From Poseidonia sp. (lineage in GTDB: Archaea; Thermoplasmatota; Poseidoniia; Poseidoniales; Poseidoniaceae), in NCBI GenBank assembly GCA_016778305.1, contig JADHPT010000009.1:5608-69607 (forward strand): a stretch of 64,000 bases of DNA. Direction: 5' to 3'. The position numbers and the translations under genes were made by a program. Positions 11,624 to 20,971 of the stretch are shown piece by piece. Each line of letters begins with the position of its first letter. The first letter of the stretch is position 1. The notes under the pieces were generated by a model. The model saw only the letters and a list, made by a program, of their open reading frames with translations, was not told the DNA's origin and searched no databases.

Positions 11624-13396
11624 ATGCTCATGATGCGACAACGCTACGGGCAGGCCTGCTTGCTCGTCACCCTGATGTTACTCGCTCCTTTATCCGGTTG
11701 CTTTGGTGAAGATGATGCTTCCGGGCCACGTTCTACCAGCGACGTAACCGTCTCTCCAGAAGTGATGGTTGGTGGCGTCTTTCAAGGATTGACGATCGCT
11801 GCTGAAACTGATTTGACAGCCTTTGTCCCCTACCTCATCAAAAACCAAGAAACTGGATTTGTTCAAAATTCAACCGTTGTAGATTTGAGAGCAGGTGAAT
11901 CAATTCTCCTGTCCGTTCTCGCACCGCCACGTACCGATACGGGCGTCGTGCTTATCGGAGATTACGGGAGAGAACATTGGCCAATTCGCGCCATTGATGA
12001 ATCGTGGCGGACATGGTATGAACGGGATGGCCATGAGCGAAATGACAATCCTGGAATCATGAGAGTGGCTCCTATCAACGGCACTCTTGACACGGTTCAG
12101 CCTTCAAATGAAAGTGGCGGGCCTGCATTGACGCTTCGAATCTCTATTGAGCGGGACGTTGCCCCTGCCTATGGAGAAGAGGCTGGTGGGCGGCATTCAA
12201 CGGGCGTGGTCAACGGACGAACGACATTCAATTATCTCTCAATGCTCTCGGATGAATCCCCGGATCCTTCTGACGGTGCTGACGGTGCTATTGGTTACCT
12301 TGACCGTTGGGCTGGCCAAGGCAATGTCGCATACGAAGACGCCGCACAATACTTGATTCAGGCCCTGGAAAGTTTCGGCCTGGAGGTCATCACGCAGCGG
12401 TTCACCTATGACTCATTGACGACGGGAGCTCAAAATCCCGAGGCATACAACATCTGTGGGTATCGATTTGGTGACGTAGATCCGGATAAATGGATGGTCT
12501 TTGGTGCTCATTTCGATATTGCTCCGCCTGCGAATGGTGGAATGCTGGACCCGCACATTTTCGGCCGGACATATGGAACTCGAGTAGGGGCATATGACAA
12601 CACTGCAGGAACAAGTATGGTGCTCACTGTTGCCGAAGCAATGGCGAATTATAACACGCGTAACACCATGGTTTTCTGTTTGTGGTCCGGTGAAGAAGGT
12701 GGAAAGCGTGGAAGTGACTTCTGGACTGATTACTGGGTGAAAGAAGACAATCCAAATGTCGAGGTTACCAATTATGTGAATCTGGACATGGCCGGCGTTA
12801 ACTGGCCAGGTGGCGGTGGCGCCCCATGTGGAGGCGAACACGGTGGAGGCGACGCTGGTTGTGACCCGCAGCCTGAAATCGATCCCGACGGCTATCCTAA
12901 GGACGAGGAAGTGTGGCCAATGCGAGTCTACATCGGCCCAAGCCTGGACCATGATGTCATGAACCAGCCCGGTATGGTTGGCCTTGCTATGTGGATTGGA
13001 TCAGACGCGATTGGTGTTGAAGAACAAATGTCGCCACTCATCGGAGCGGGGTACGATGCTGAAACCTGGAAAGTTGACGATTGGATGGCAAAGGACCGTC
13101 CTGAGATCATCGTCTATGAAGACACTACTGCTCGCTCTGATCACGCTACGTTCCAGGACAATCTCGGTACTGTGACCATGGGCTTTGGAGGCCTTGTCGA
13201 CGGGTATTGGTGTTACCACCAGACCTGTGATACGATAGATGAGATGATCGATTGGATGGATACAACTGGCAAAGATTACGGGGAAGAGCAATCCGGAACC
13301 AGTAACCTTGTTGACGCCCTTGATACCATCACCTGGTGGGCAACCTATTCCTTCTTCCACCTTGATGAAACGCCCGTTCGAAATGCATACCTCTGA
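11624..13396 (+). CDS. M28 family metallopeptidase, lipoprotein
   Basis: Lipobox LSGC; GAHFD, GAYDNTAG, SGEEGG, NLDM, RSDH and YHQTCD motifs. Confidence 0.9.
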   Translation: MLMMRQRYGQACLLVTLMLLAPLSGCFGEDDASGPRSTSDVTVSPEVMVGGVFQGLTIAAETDLTAFVPYLIKNQETGFVQNSTVVDLRAGESILLSVLAPPRTDTGVVLIGDYGREHWPIRAIDESWRTWYERDGHERNDNPGIMRVAPINGTLDTVQPSNESGGPALTLRISIERDVAPAYGEEAGGRHSTGVVNGRTTFNYLSMLSDESPDPSDGADGAIGYLDRWAGQGNVAYEDAAQYLIQALESFGLEVITQRFTYDSLTTGAQNPEAYNICGYRFGDVDPDKWMVFGAHFDIAPPANGGMLDPHIFGRTYGTRVGAYDNTAGTSMVLTVAEAMANYNTRNTMVFCLWSGEEGGKRGSDFWTDYWVKEDNPNVEVTNYVNLDMAGVNWPGGGGAPCGGEHGGGDAGCDPQPEIDPDGYPKDEEVWPMRVYIGPSLDHDVMNQPGMVGLAMWIGSDAIGVEEQMSPLIGAGYDAETWKVDDWMAKDRPEIIVYEDTTARSDHATFQDNLGTVTMGFGGLVDGYWCYHQTCDTIDEMIDWMDTTGKDYGEEQSGTSNLVDALDTITWWATYSFFHLDETPVRNAYL

Positions 13397-14359
13397 TCAA
13401 CGAACGAGGTTCGATACGGGGTCCGCAATCATTTGGAGAATGCCGGATGGCGTCCAAACCCCAGTGAACATGGTGAACACTGGAACGGCAAAAATAAGCA
13501 AGACTGAGAAGTAGGCTACTTCGTTCCAATCCTTGACTTTAAGCCCGTCAAGTGGCCCAAAAGGCAGCATGTTAAACAGGCCGAGAATAAGATTCGCGCC
13601 CAACCAATATACGCCAACATCAACGAGCATGGCTTGCCATACGAGGCTGCCATCGCTGACGTAATCTCTTCCAAAGAGTCCCGAGTCTGGAAGATTGTTG
13701 AAGGCACCTGTCAGACCAAGGATGAGGCCCCAAAGCGGGATACCGATCAAAAACAATCCAAGATTGGTGAGCGGTCCAGCGACTGCGATGTGTCCGTTTT
13801 GACGTCGCGTGACCAGGCCTGCCACCATCACGGCACCGGGCGCCATGAAGAGAAAGCCAATGAAGAATGAAATAGCAATACCAAATTGCAAGCCCTTCGG
13901 ATCTGCACGGAATTCAGCCCAACATCCATTTTTCTTAGCCACCAATTTGTGCCCGATTTCATGAAATAAGAAGGCGGGCCCTATGGCGATGAACATCACC
14001 GGCATCGAAAGAAGGAGCATGACAATCCACGTTGAGAAACCATAGAATGAGATCCCCCCGATCCCCCCCACTGCCATAAATCCAAGAGCGAGTGTGAACG
14101 CACCCATCGCCAAGCGAAGGTGCTGTTTTTCGACATCACTGAAGTGCCACAGAGGCCCGGTATGATGCTTGGGTTTTTGCCAGGTATCTTGCCCAAAAAA
14201 TTGCATAAAGGCTGGAGGTAAGTTCGCTCGTGAAGTCTCGAAGTGAATGGTCCCCTCGCTATCGATGCGCTGATGGACGCGACGAATTCGTGAAGAGTTT
14301 TTTTGATTGGAGAAGGGGTCATCATCCAAAATATCGGCTCTCTTGTCCCTGCCCGCCAT
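13397..14359 (-). CDS. site-2 protease (M50) family intramembrane metalloprotease
   Basis: HEIGH, AGPLTN and FNMLPFGPLDG motifs. Start uncertain (14359 or 14380). Confidence 0.88.
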   Translation of the reverse strand: MAGRDKRADILDDDPFSNQKNSSRIRRVHQRIDSEGTIHFETSRANLPPAFMQFFGQDTWQKPKHHTGPLWHFSDVEKQHLRLAMGAFTLALGFMAVGGIGGISFYGFSTWIVMLLLSMPVMFIAIGPAFLFHEIGHKLVAKKNGCWAEFRADPKGLQFGIAISFFIGFLFMAPGAVMVAGLVTRRQNGHIAVAGPLTNLGLFLIGIPLWGLILGLTGAFNNLPDSGLFGRDYVSDGSLVWQAMLVDVGVYWLGANLILGLFNMLPFGPLDGLKVKDWNEVAYFSVLLIFAVPVFTMFTGVWTPSGILQMIADPVSNLVR

Positions 14360-14444
14360 GGACCTATGTGTATCGGGCATGACTTTGAATCCTCGTGTCC
14401 AAGAGTTCATGAGGACGACTCCCTGTGCTACAGTCGGGTTCACC

Positions 14445-15152
14445 ATGTCCATGCCGCGTAAAGCCATGCAAGAATTGGGGTTCCAAGCCTGCTGCGTATG
14501 GTGTGATGCTCCGGATGATTCGAGTGCAAAACGGTGCGGGTCTTGTATCCAACATCATCGTAATGTGCGGGAACATCTAGCCGCAGGGCCGCCAGACGAT
14601 CCGTTATTCCAACTTGCGAAGGAAATGATGGCCATGGCTGCCGACCCTCACCATTACGACCATGACGAGGTTCACGGGCCAGTTCTCCGAGAATTACAGC
14701 GTAGAGCGGGTTCGATGGTGGATGCTCCCGTGCGGTCAACCACTGCGTCCATTGACGAACTCTTCCAACAACAAAAAATGAAGAAGAACGTCAACGTTCT
14801 CCAAGACATTGGCAACCAAAACCCGTGGAGACATCAGCCCCTAGAAGCGGAGAAGGCACAACAGATGGCAGATGAATTATGGGGGTTGCAAAAAAACGAG
14901 AACGCCCATTATGGAGCCCGAACTGTTCCGAGTAAACCCATTCAAGAGGTCGATCGAAGTGAACGAAGTGGTGAGGACACCAAGTTGACCGACCGTGTTC
15001 ATGCTGCCGCTGCAACCGAAAAGTATCTCGATGAAGAAGCTGCTGAGATATTCGAGGAATTAGAGTTTAAACATCGGCAATCCCAGCGGGAGTCATTAAA
15101 ATCAGCCATGAAGGAAGTAGAGAAACTCATTGACGACGACTTGGATTTCTAG
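14445..15152 (+). CDS. hypothetical protein with N-terminal CxxC..CxxC zinc-binding motif
   Basis: CCVWC...CGSC followed by a helical charged region. Start uncertain. Confidence 0.65.
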   Translation: MSMPRKAMQELGFQACCVWCDAPDDSSAKRCGSCIQHHRNVREHLAAGPPDDPLFQLAKEMMAMAADPHHYDHDEVHGPVLRELQRRAGSMVDAPVRSTTASIDELFQQQKMKKNVNVLQDIGNQNPWRHQPLEAEKAQQMADELWGLQKNENAHYGARTVPSKPIQEVDRSERSGEDTKLTDRVHAAAATEKYLDEEAAEIFEELEFKHRQSQRESLKSAMKEVEKLIDDDLDF

Positions 15153-15910
15153 AGTGCTTTTGTGTAAGGTTGGCGCAATTGTGGCGAGCCTACGAGGTCG
15201 TACTTGATCCGCTGGGTTCCTTTCCCCTTGGATTTTTTTCCAAGGATGTTGATGTGTCCTATTTCTCCCAAGTTTGTCACGTGCGTTCCAGCACAGGGGC
15301 ACATGTCAATACGATCGCCGATTTGTACAATTCTTAATTCGTTAACACTGCGAGGAAGGAGGTCCATGTTGGTTCTATCTGACGGCATGATGGCGTTGAT
15401 TTCTTCTCGCGTCATCACGCTATCCGTCACGGCCAGGCCTTCGTCCACTCGTTGATTGACGATTTCTGTGAGCGTTGAAAGCATGACCTCATCAAATGCA
15501 ATGGGGTTGAAGTCAATACGTGAGCCGTTTGCATGAATTTGATTGCCAACGGTTCTCGCGCCGTTGAATTCCTCATAGACGATGCCGCTCACAAGGTGCT
15601 GTGCCGTGTGCATGCGCATGTGTGCATAACGTAGTTCCCAATCGATGCTTCCACGGACCTCGTCTCCTGGTTCCAACTGATGATCCTGTCCAACTGTGTG
15701 ATGTACGTCGTTGCGGCCACGGACTTCCGTAACGTTGAGTTTACCATTTGGTCCAACAAGGGTTCCAGTATCCCAATGTTGACCTCCGCCGAGAGGATAA
15801 AATAGGGTTCGATCAAGAACAACCTGCCCGCTTTCTACTGAGGTTACAACGGCGTCAAAATGCTGATAATATCCCGCATCAAGTGTCTCGAGATACAACT
15901 TTTCAGTCAT
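15149..15910 (-). CDS. alaX: alanyl-tRNA editing protein AlaX
   Basis: TLFYPLGGGQ, HTAQHL, RIDF and CAGTHV motifs. Confidence 0.92.
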   Translation of the reverse strand: MTEKLYLETLDAGYYQHFDAVVTSVESGQVVLDRTLFYPLGGGQHWDTGTLVGPNGKLNVTEVRGRNDVHHTVGQDHQLEPGDEVRGSIDWELRYAHMRMHTAQHLVSGIVYEEFNGARTVGNQIHANGSRIDFNPIAFDEVMLSTLTEIVNQRVDEGLAVTDSVMTREEINAIMPSDRTNMDLLPRSVNELRIVQIGDRIDMCPCAGTHVTNLGEIGHINILGKKSKGKGTQRIKYDLVGSPQLRQPYTKAL

Positions 15911-15941
15911 TGTGTTCTCACCTCGAGTACAGGCGTTTCAT

Positions 15942-17039
15942 TCATTCAATGGCTGGTTGGGGTGTGGTAAAATCTTCTATCAGTGCAGCATTCTCTGGGT
16001 TTGAAGCGTCAATTTCAATGGATGGGGTCTTCCATGCCGTATGAAGGGCCACCGTTGAAAGTATGAGGGCTCGGAAAAATCCTACTTCTTCATATTCCCA
16101 TCCTCGCTCCTCGGCGTATTCTTTGACGATAGGTGCAGCCTTTGGTAGATTAAAGTGAGAAAGGGCCGGAAGTAAGTGGTGCTCGATTTGATAGTCAAGT
16201 CCAACAAAGAAAAAGGAGCCAAATTTGCCGAGTTTGATGCGGCGGCCCGTTTCAATCTGCAACCGCCAGTTTTCGTCGTACTTCGTTACAATAGGGCGTC
16301 CTGCGTGACCCACGATGAAAATGGCTGTAAGGTACGTGCCCACGAGACTCCAGAGGAGGATATAGAATCCGAAGGTAACCTGCCAGCTTACACCGAGCAT
16401 GATCGGGAGGGCGAGCCACAGGAAGAAGTGAACGAGAATGAGGGATGAGTCGAGCATCCATATCTTTGAAAATCGGTTTCGCTTCTTTTTGAACGGGTGC
16501 AAAATGGTGTACTTGATGCCGTCCCAACGCATCAAATGACCCACGAGGAGGGAAATTGGCCAGAAGAAGTATGCCTGAATGTTTCGCTGGAACCACTGTC
16601 GCAATTTACCGCTGCTCTCATATTCCTCTTGGGAAAAGGTGAGAGGCCATGAGTGAATGTCCGGATCTTTTTCGACAACATTGGGATGTGCATGGTGCTT
16701 CACATTGTGTTTTTCACGCCAGTATTCCATTGAGAGGCCTGAAAAGAGAGGGAATGCAACGGCTGCGAGTGATACGTTTCCTAATTTTGATCTGCACGCT
16801 GAAAGGTGAACTCCTTCATGCCCGATCATAGCCACGGTGGTCGTCAGGAGAGCTGTAATGGGGAACAAAACGAGCCCCCATTTGATGGGGAGAAGAATAT
16901 GGGCGGTGTAGAGGCCACCGAGAACGGCCAACAGAACGATGATTTTCGTCCAAGATTTACCCGTTGGTTTGTCCAATAGACCATGTTCTTGAAGTTTTTT
17001 GCGGAGTTCAGCCATAGGATGCGCAGCCATTATTGTCAC
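15942..17039 (-). CDS. membrane fatty acid desaturase family protein (front-end type, no cytochrome b5 domain)
   Basis: His boxes HEGVH, HNVKHH and QIEHHL; PNVVEKDPDI; several TM helices. Confidence 0.88.
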   Translation of the reverse strand: MTIMAAHPMAELRKKLQEHGLLDKPTGKSWTKIIVLLAVLGGLYTAHILLPIKWGLVLFPITALLTTTVAMIGHEGVHLSACRSKLGNVSLAAVAFPLFSGLSMEYWREKHNVKHHAHPNVVEKDPDIHSWPLTFSQEEYESSGKLRQWFQRNIQAYFFWPISLLVGHLMRWDGIKYTILHPFKKKRNRFSKIWMLDSSLILVHFFLWLALPIMLGVSWQVTFGFYILLWSLVGTYLTAIFIVGHAGRPIVTKYDENWRLQIETGRRIKLGKFGSFFFVGLDYQIEHHLLPALSHFNLPKAAPIVKEYAEERGWEYEEVGFFRALILSTVALHTAWKTPSIEIDASNPENAALIEDFTTPQPAIE

Positions 17040-17119
17040 CTGAACAGGGTGTGTTCATTGACCAACCGCGCGCCCCTCCCCTATGAAACTGGTGTTTTTA
17101 CCAACACCGTTTTGGCCAG

Positions 17120-17839
17120 TCATTCAAGGGAATGAATGAAATCGTCTACGCGCTGTGCAATGGCATCAAATGAAAGGTCATCGACGATGGAAGGAAGGAA
17201 ACCTGAACAGGTCTCAAGATATCCCGTAGGTGGATTCCAGGGGCATTTGCCTTTCCACCACACCTCTGTTTGTCCGTCACTTCGTGATAGTGTTAACGCT
17301 GGTGTAGGCATGGATGGGTGGGGGTGATGAAGGGTTAAGAGGGTGCCACCAAACCATTGAACGTACTCTTGATTTGTAAATGAAATCACCAATGATTCAT
17401 CCACGACATGCTGCAGACGCCCTGGTTTTCCTAAGGTCTCACGGGTTGAAATAATGAGATCTGCATCAAACTCAGTAGGTTGGTGGCGTTCATTCTTTGT
17501 CGTTGATACTCGAATCGTCTCACCTTGTTGCACCATACCCAATACTCGCGTCCTCGGGTAGATGTTGACGCCTTTTGAAGCTGCAACAGAGGTCATGTGC
17601 TTCATGACCCATTCCCAACGGCAACCCCAGCCGTCTGGGTTTGAAGAAAGTTTGAGAAATTCTATCTGGTGTGTTGAAAAATACTGATTGAAAACGGATG
17701 GATTGAGAACTCTCCCGGGATGTGAAATAGGTAACCCTAACTCAGCATCGATTTCAAAAATTGAAACCGTCCCTTTTTCTTGATAATGCAGTGCGAGAAG
17801 CAATGCTTCAAGGCTACCTCCAATAATACATACGTCCAT
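17120..17839 (-). CDS. degenerate FAD/NAD-binding protein resembling the geranylgeranyl reductase N-terminal domain
   Basis: DVCIIGGSLEALLLA...FEIDAELGLP...AASKGV..DADLIIS. Altered GxGxxG motif; only about 239 aa. Confidence 0.55.
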   Translation of the reverse strand: MDVCIIGGSLEALLLALHYQEKGTVSIFEIDAELGLPISHPGRVLNPSVFNQYFSTHQIEFLKLSSNPDGWGCRWEWVMKHMTSVAASKGVNIYPRTRVLGMVQQGETIRVSTTKNERHQPTEFDADLIISTRETLGKPGRLQHVVDESLVISFTNQEYVQWFGGTLLTLHHPHPSMPTPALTLSRSDGQTEVWWKGKCPWNPPTGYLETCSGFLPSIVDDLSFDAIAQRVDDFIHSLE

Positions 17840-17840
17840 G

Positions 17841-18041
17841 TCAATCACTCGGAATGATATCAAGAGCAAAGACTGGACAGGATGGAATGCAAAGACGACA
17901 ATGGGTGCAATTTTTTTCATCAACATATATCATACGATCTTCAAGAGTTAGTACGTGCACTGGACATAATGCGATACATGCTCCACATCCAAAACACCGA
18001 TCTTCACGGACAATGAATTCGTGGTGTTTCACTCTGCCCAT
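17841..18041 (-). CDS. 2x[4Fe-4S] ferredoxin
   Basis: CFGCGACIALCP and CTHCRLCIPSCP. Confidence 0.93.
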   Translation of the reverse strand: MGRVKHHEFIVREDRCFGCGACIALCPVHVLTLEDRMIYVDEKNCTHCRLCIPSCPVFALDIIPSD

Positions 18042-18081
18042 GACAACTGCAAAATACGATGATAAAAGACTCCTTCTCTCC

Positions 18082-18319
18082 TGAGTGGAAAGAAAAACCC
18101 AGATTCACCGCCGAAAACATGAGAGCGTGCACATACCCCTTTCTTTCCACTGGAAAGAAATCTTTGGATCTCAACTGATGAAGGAAAAAGGGGAGAGAGA
18201 TCAGTGAAGGAAAAAACCCGTCTGATATGGTCGCGAGAGGTTAATCAACATAATGGTAAAAAAAGAAGAGAATTTATTCTTCCCCGAACAAGAATCTACT
18301 CCAATGGAAATGAGGGGGT
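18082..18319. other. putative archaeal replication origin (ORB cluster with AT-rich spacer)
   Basis: TTCCAGTGGAAAGAAAGGGG on minus (18136-18155); TCCAATGGAAATGAGGGGGT on plus (18300-18319); degenerate copies at 18082-18100, 18176-18193 and 18201-18219; AT-rich tract 18241-18281. This is the largest intergenic gap in the window. Confidence 0.72.
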
Positions 18320-18361
18320 CTCTACCCACATCTTCATGTGTCACTTAGGTGTGGTGTTGCC

Positions 18362-19675
18362 ATGGTCTTGTATTCTGCTGGTCGGACCAGCACCTATCCT
18401 GATGAGGCACCAAGAAAAGGACTCCAATACCACTACCTTGGTGGTGGAGATGAAGTCGGTAATGTAGGTCTTGTTCTTGAGGATCACGAGGGAGTTCGTT
18501 TGCTTCTCGATTACGGATTAGCCCCAACATCTCCGCCAAGGTATCCCTCTGAAGCCCCCTTAGTACACGATGCTGTCATTACCCATTCCCACGTTGATCA
18601 CCTCGGCATGGTACCGTGGCTGTGTGCACATCATCGAACTCGTCTTCACGGAACAAAAGTAACAGCCGATCTGTCAGATATGATGTGGCGAGATTGCTAC
18701 AAGGTCAGTTCCATTGAGCGATATCCACTTGCTTGGGACAAACGAGATATCGATACTGCATTGGATTCTTGGCATATTCATGAGTTTGGTCAGCCTTGGA
18801 AACATCATTCTTGGACGCTTACCCTCCATTCAGCAGGTCATATTCCAGGAGCTGCGATGCTGCACATTCAAACACCCACCCACACCGTATTGCTCACCGG
18901 CGACTTTGATACACGAGATTCACCGCTTGTCGCAGGAGCTCAACCTGTCAAAACAGATATTCTCTTTGTTGAAGGCACCTACGGGGGACGTGACCATCCT
19001 CCAAAGCAAGAGGAGATTCAACGATTCATCGATGCAGTTGACCGCGTGGTACGCCAGGGAGGCACCGTCCTCATACCCGCCTTTGCCAACGGCCGTACGC
19101 AGGACGTAGTCATGCTCCTGCACCGTCATCTGCCACATTTGGATGTTCATGTCGATGGAATGGGCAAGCGAGTTGCTAGAATTCACATGGACCACCCAGA
19201 CATGCTTCGTGATAGCGAGGAGTTTGAACGGGCTTGGCGGTGGTCAAAGCGGGTTTCAAGTAAATCAGACAAGAAAAAAGCCCTGGAGGCAGACGTCATT
19301 GTCACCACGTCAGGGATGCTCAATGGAGGTCCAGCCCACTGGTACCTCAACCGCTTGCGCCATGACGGTCGGAATGCCGTATTTTTTACAGGATACCAAG
19401 CCAAAGATACAGGGGGTAGAAGTCTTCTAGAAACAGGGCGTGTTGAAATCTACGGAAATTCAACAGAGATAGAATTGCCCACAGAACAATTTTCTTTCTC
19501 GACTCACGCTGGTCACCAGGAAATACTTGACTTCGCTAAAGCCTGTGAGGCCAAACACGTGATCGTTTACCACACGGACCCGAATCACGCCCGCCCCCCA
19601 CTTGTTGAAGCCCTTGAGCTACAAGGCCATATCGTTCACCAGCCAAAGAATGGGGAATCGCACATACTGGAATGA
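18362..19675 (+). CDS. beta-CASP metallo-beta-lactamase ribonuclease (aCPSF2-like)
   Basis: LGGGDEVG, THSHVDHLG, AGHIPG, TGDF, EGTYG, PAFANGRTQ, GYQA and FSTHAG motifs; no N-terminal KH domains. Confidence 0.9.
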   Translation: MVLYSAGRTSTYPDEAPRKGLQYHYLGGGDEVGNVGLVLEDHEGVRLLLDYGLAPTSPPRYPSEAPLVHDAVITHSHVDHLGMVPWLCAHHRTRLHGTKVTADLSDMMWRDCYKVSSIERYPLAWDKRDIDTALDSWHIHEFGQPWKHHSWTLTLHSAGHIPGAAMLHIQTPTHTVLLTGDFDTRDSPLVAGAQPVKTDILFVEGTYGGRDHPPKQEEIQRFIDAVDRVVRQGGTVLIPAFANGRTQDVVMLLHRHLPHLDVHVDGMGKRVARIHMDHPDMLRDSEEFERAWRWSKRVSSKSDKKKALEADVIVTTSGMLNGGPAHWYLNRLRHDGRNAVFFTGYQAKDTGGRSLLETGRVEIYGNSTEIELPTEQFSFSTHAGHQEILDFAKACEAKHVIVYHTDPNHARPPLVEALELQGHIVHQPKNGESHILE

Positions 19676-19681
19676 GGACTT

Positions 19682-20524
19682 ATGATGCTTAAATCCTTAT
19701 TTTGGAGAATCAACTTCTTCCTAATGAATAGAAGATCAGCAAAGATCGGGCGTCGATTAGGAAATGGAGTAAAATCCGTAATAGTCGATAGTAAAAACGG
19801 CATGTTAGCAGTAGACCCAAGAGACCTCGAGGTTGGATACAAACTCCGAAAATTTGGAAGTTATGGTTTAGATGAAATAGCCAGGATAAATGAATTAATC
19901 ACCAGTAGTTCGAACGTTTTGATAGTTGGAGCACATATTGGTTCAATCGTAATTCCAATTTCTAATCATTGTAACAAAGTAGTCGCTATTGAGGCCAACC
20001 CAAACAACTACAAGTTACTAGAAACCAATTTACACCTTAACAAATCAGAAAATATAACGATCCATAACATCGCTGCTAGTTCCAAAAAAGAGACAATAGA
20101 ATTTCAGATGAATGTGGTAAATTCGGGTGGCAGTAAGCGGGTTCCTAAAAATAATGAATACATGTATCGCTATGATAATCCAGAAATCATTGACGTTCAA
20201 GCCCACTCTTTAGATGAATATCTTGATGATGAAAATTTTGATTTGGTCTTAATTGATATTGAGGGATCCGAATATTTTGCCATGCAAGGCATGGAAAAAA
20301 TACTAGCAAAGTGCAACACGTTAATTATCGAATTTTTACCTCACCATCTCGAGAATGTAGCTGGTGTAGCGGTAGAAGTATTCTTATCACTGATCCCTGA
20401 ACAATTCACAAAACTAACGATTCCAAGCAAAAATAAAACCCACCCAATCGACATTGGTAGAGCAATGCTTAAGCAAATGTATCATCACAAAGAAGGCGAC
20501 GACGGCATCATATTTACAAAATAA
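19682..20524 (+). CDS. FkbM family methyltransferase
   Basis: VGAHIG, VVAIEANP, LIDIEGSE and LIIEF motifs; visibly AT-rich. Confidence 0.88.
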   Translation: MMLKSLFWRINFFLMNRRSAKIGRRLGNGVKSVIVDSKNGMLAVDPRDLEVGYKLRKFGSYGLDEIARINELITSSSNVLIVGAHIGSIVIPISNHCNKVVAIEANPNNYKLLETNLHLNKSENITIHNIAASSKKETIEFQMNVVNSGGSKRVPKNNEYMYRYDNPEIIDVQAHSLDEYLDDENFDLVLIDIEGSEYFAMQGMEKILAKCNTLIIEFLPHHLENVAGVAVEVFLSLIPEQFTKLTIPSKNKTHPIDIGRAMLKQMYHHKEGDDGIIFTK

Positions 20525-20667
20525 CGCTACTATTTGTGATAATTCCTAATACAGAGTTTTCATGTCTCTTCGACGACATGAGCAACCTCAAAAAAAACTT
20601 GACTTCACCAAGTCCTGGAATGAAGATATTAGCCGAAGCGATTGAATACATCTACACCCAGCGGTAG

Positions 20668-20970
20668 ATGAGTCCTATGGCGGCAAAGACACCACCTGGA
20701 AAAAAGAAAGGCATGCGAAAACGCAAGATGCGTCTTTCGCTCAAGCAATCCAAACTATCTGCTTCCAAAGACAAGTATTCCGATTCCTTGGGGTGGTCCC
20801 AAGATGTAGGAAGAACCCTCACCGACCAAGAAGCACCCAAGGGCCCTGAGACACTCAAGGTACAGTGCGATATGTGCGGTTCGATGCTGAAGATTCCGAA
20901 ACCAAAACGGTCTCGGTACACGGTAACATGCACGTATCCAGAGTGCGGTAATGAAATGAAATTCGATTAA
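20668..20970 (+). CDS. small basic zinc-ribbon protein
   Basis: Lys/Arg-rich N-terminus; CDMC...CTYPEC. Confidence 0.7.
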   Translation: MSPMAAKTPPGKKKGMRKRKMRLSLKQSKLSASKDKYSDSLGWSQDVGRTLTDQEAPKGPETLKVQCDMCGSMLKIPKPKRSRYTVTCTYPECGNEMKFD

Positions 20971-20971
20971 A

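Noticed and set aside
18204-18467. 87-aa ORF in the origin-like region
   Set aside because: It has low-complexity composition, overlaps the nuclease gene and runs through the ORB motifs, so it is likely spurious.
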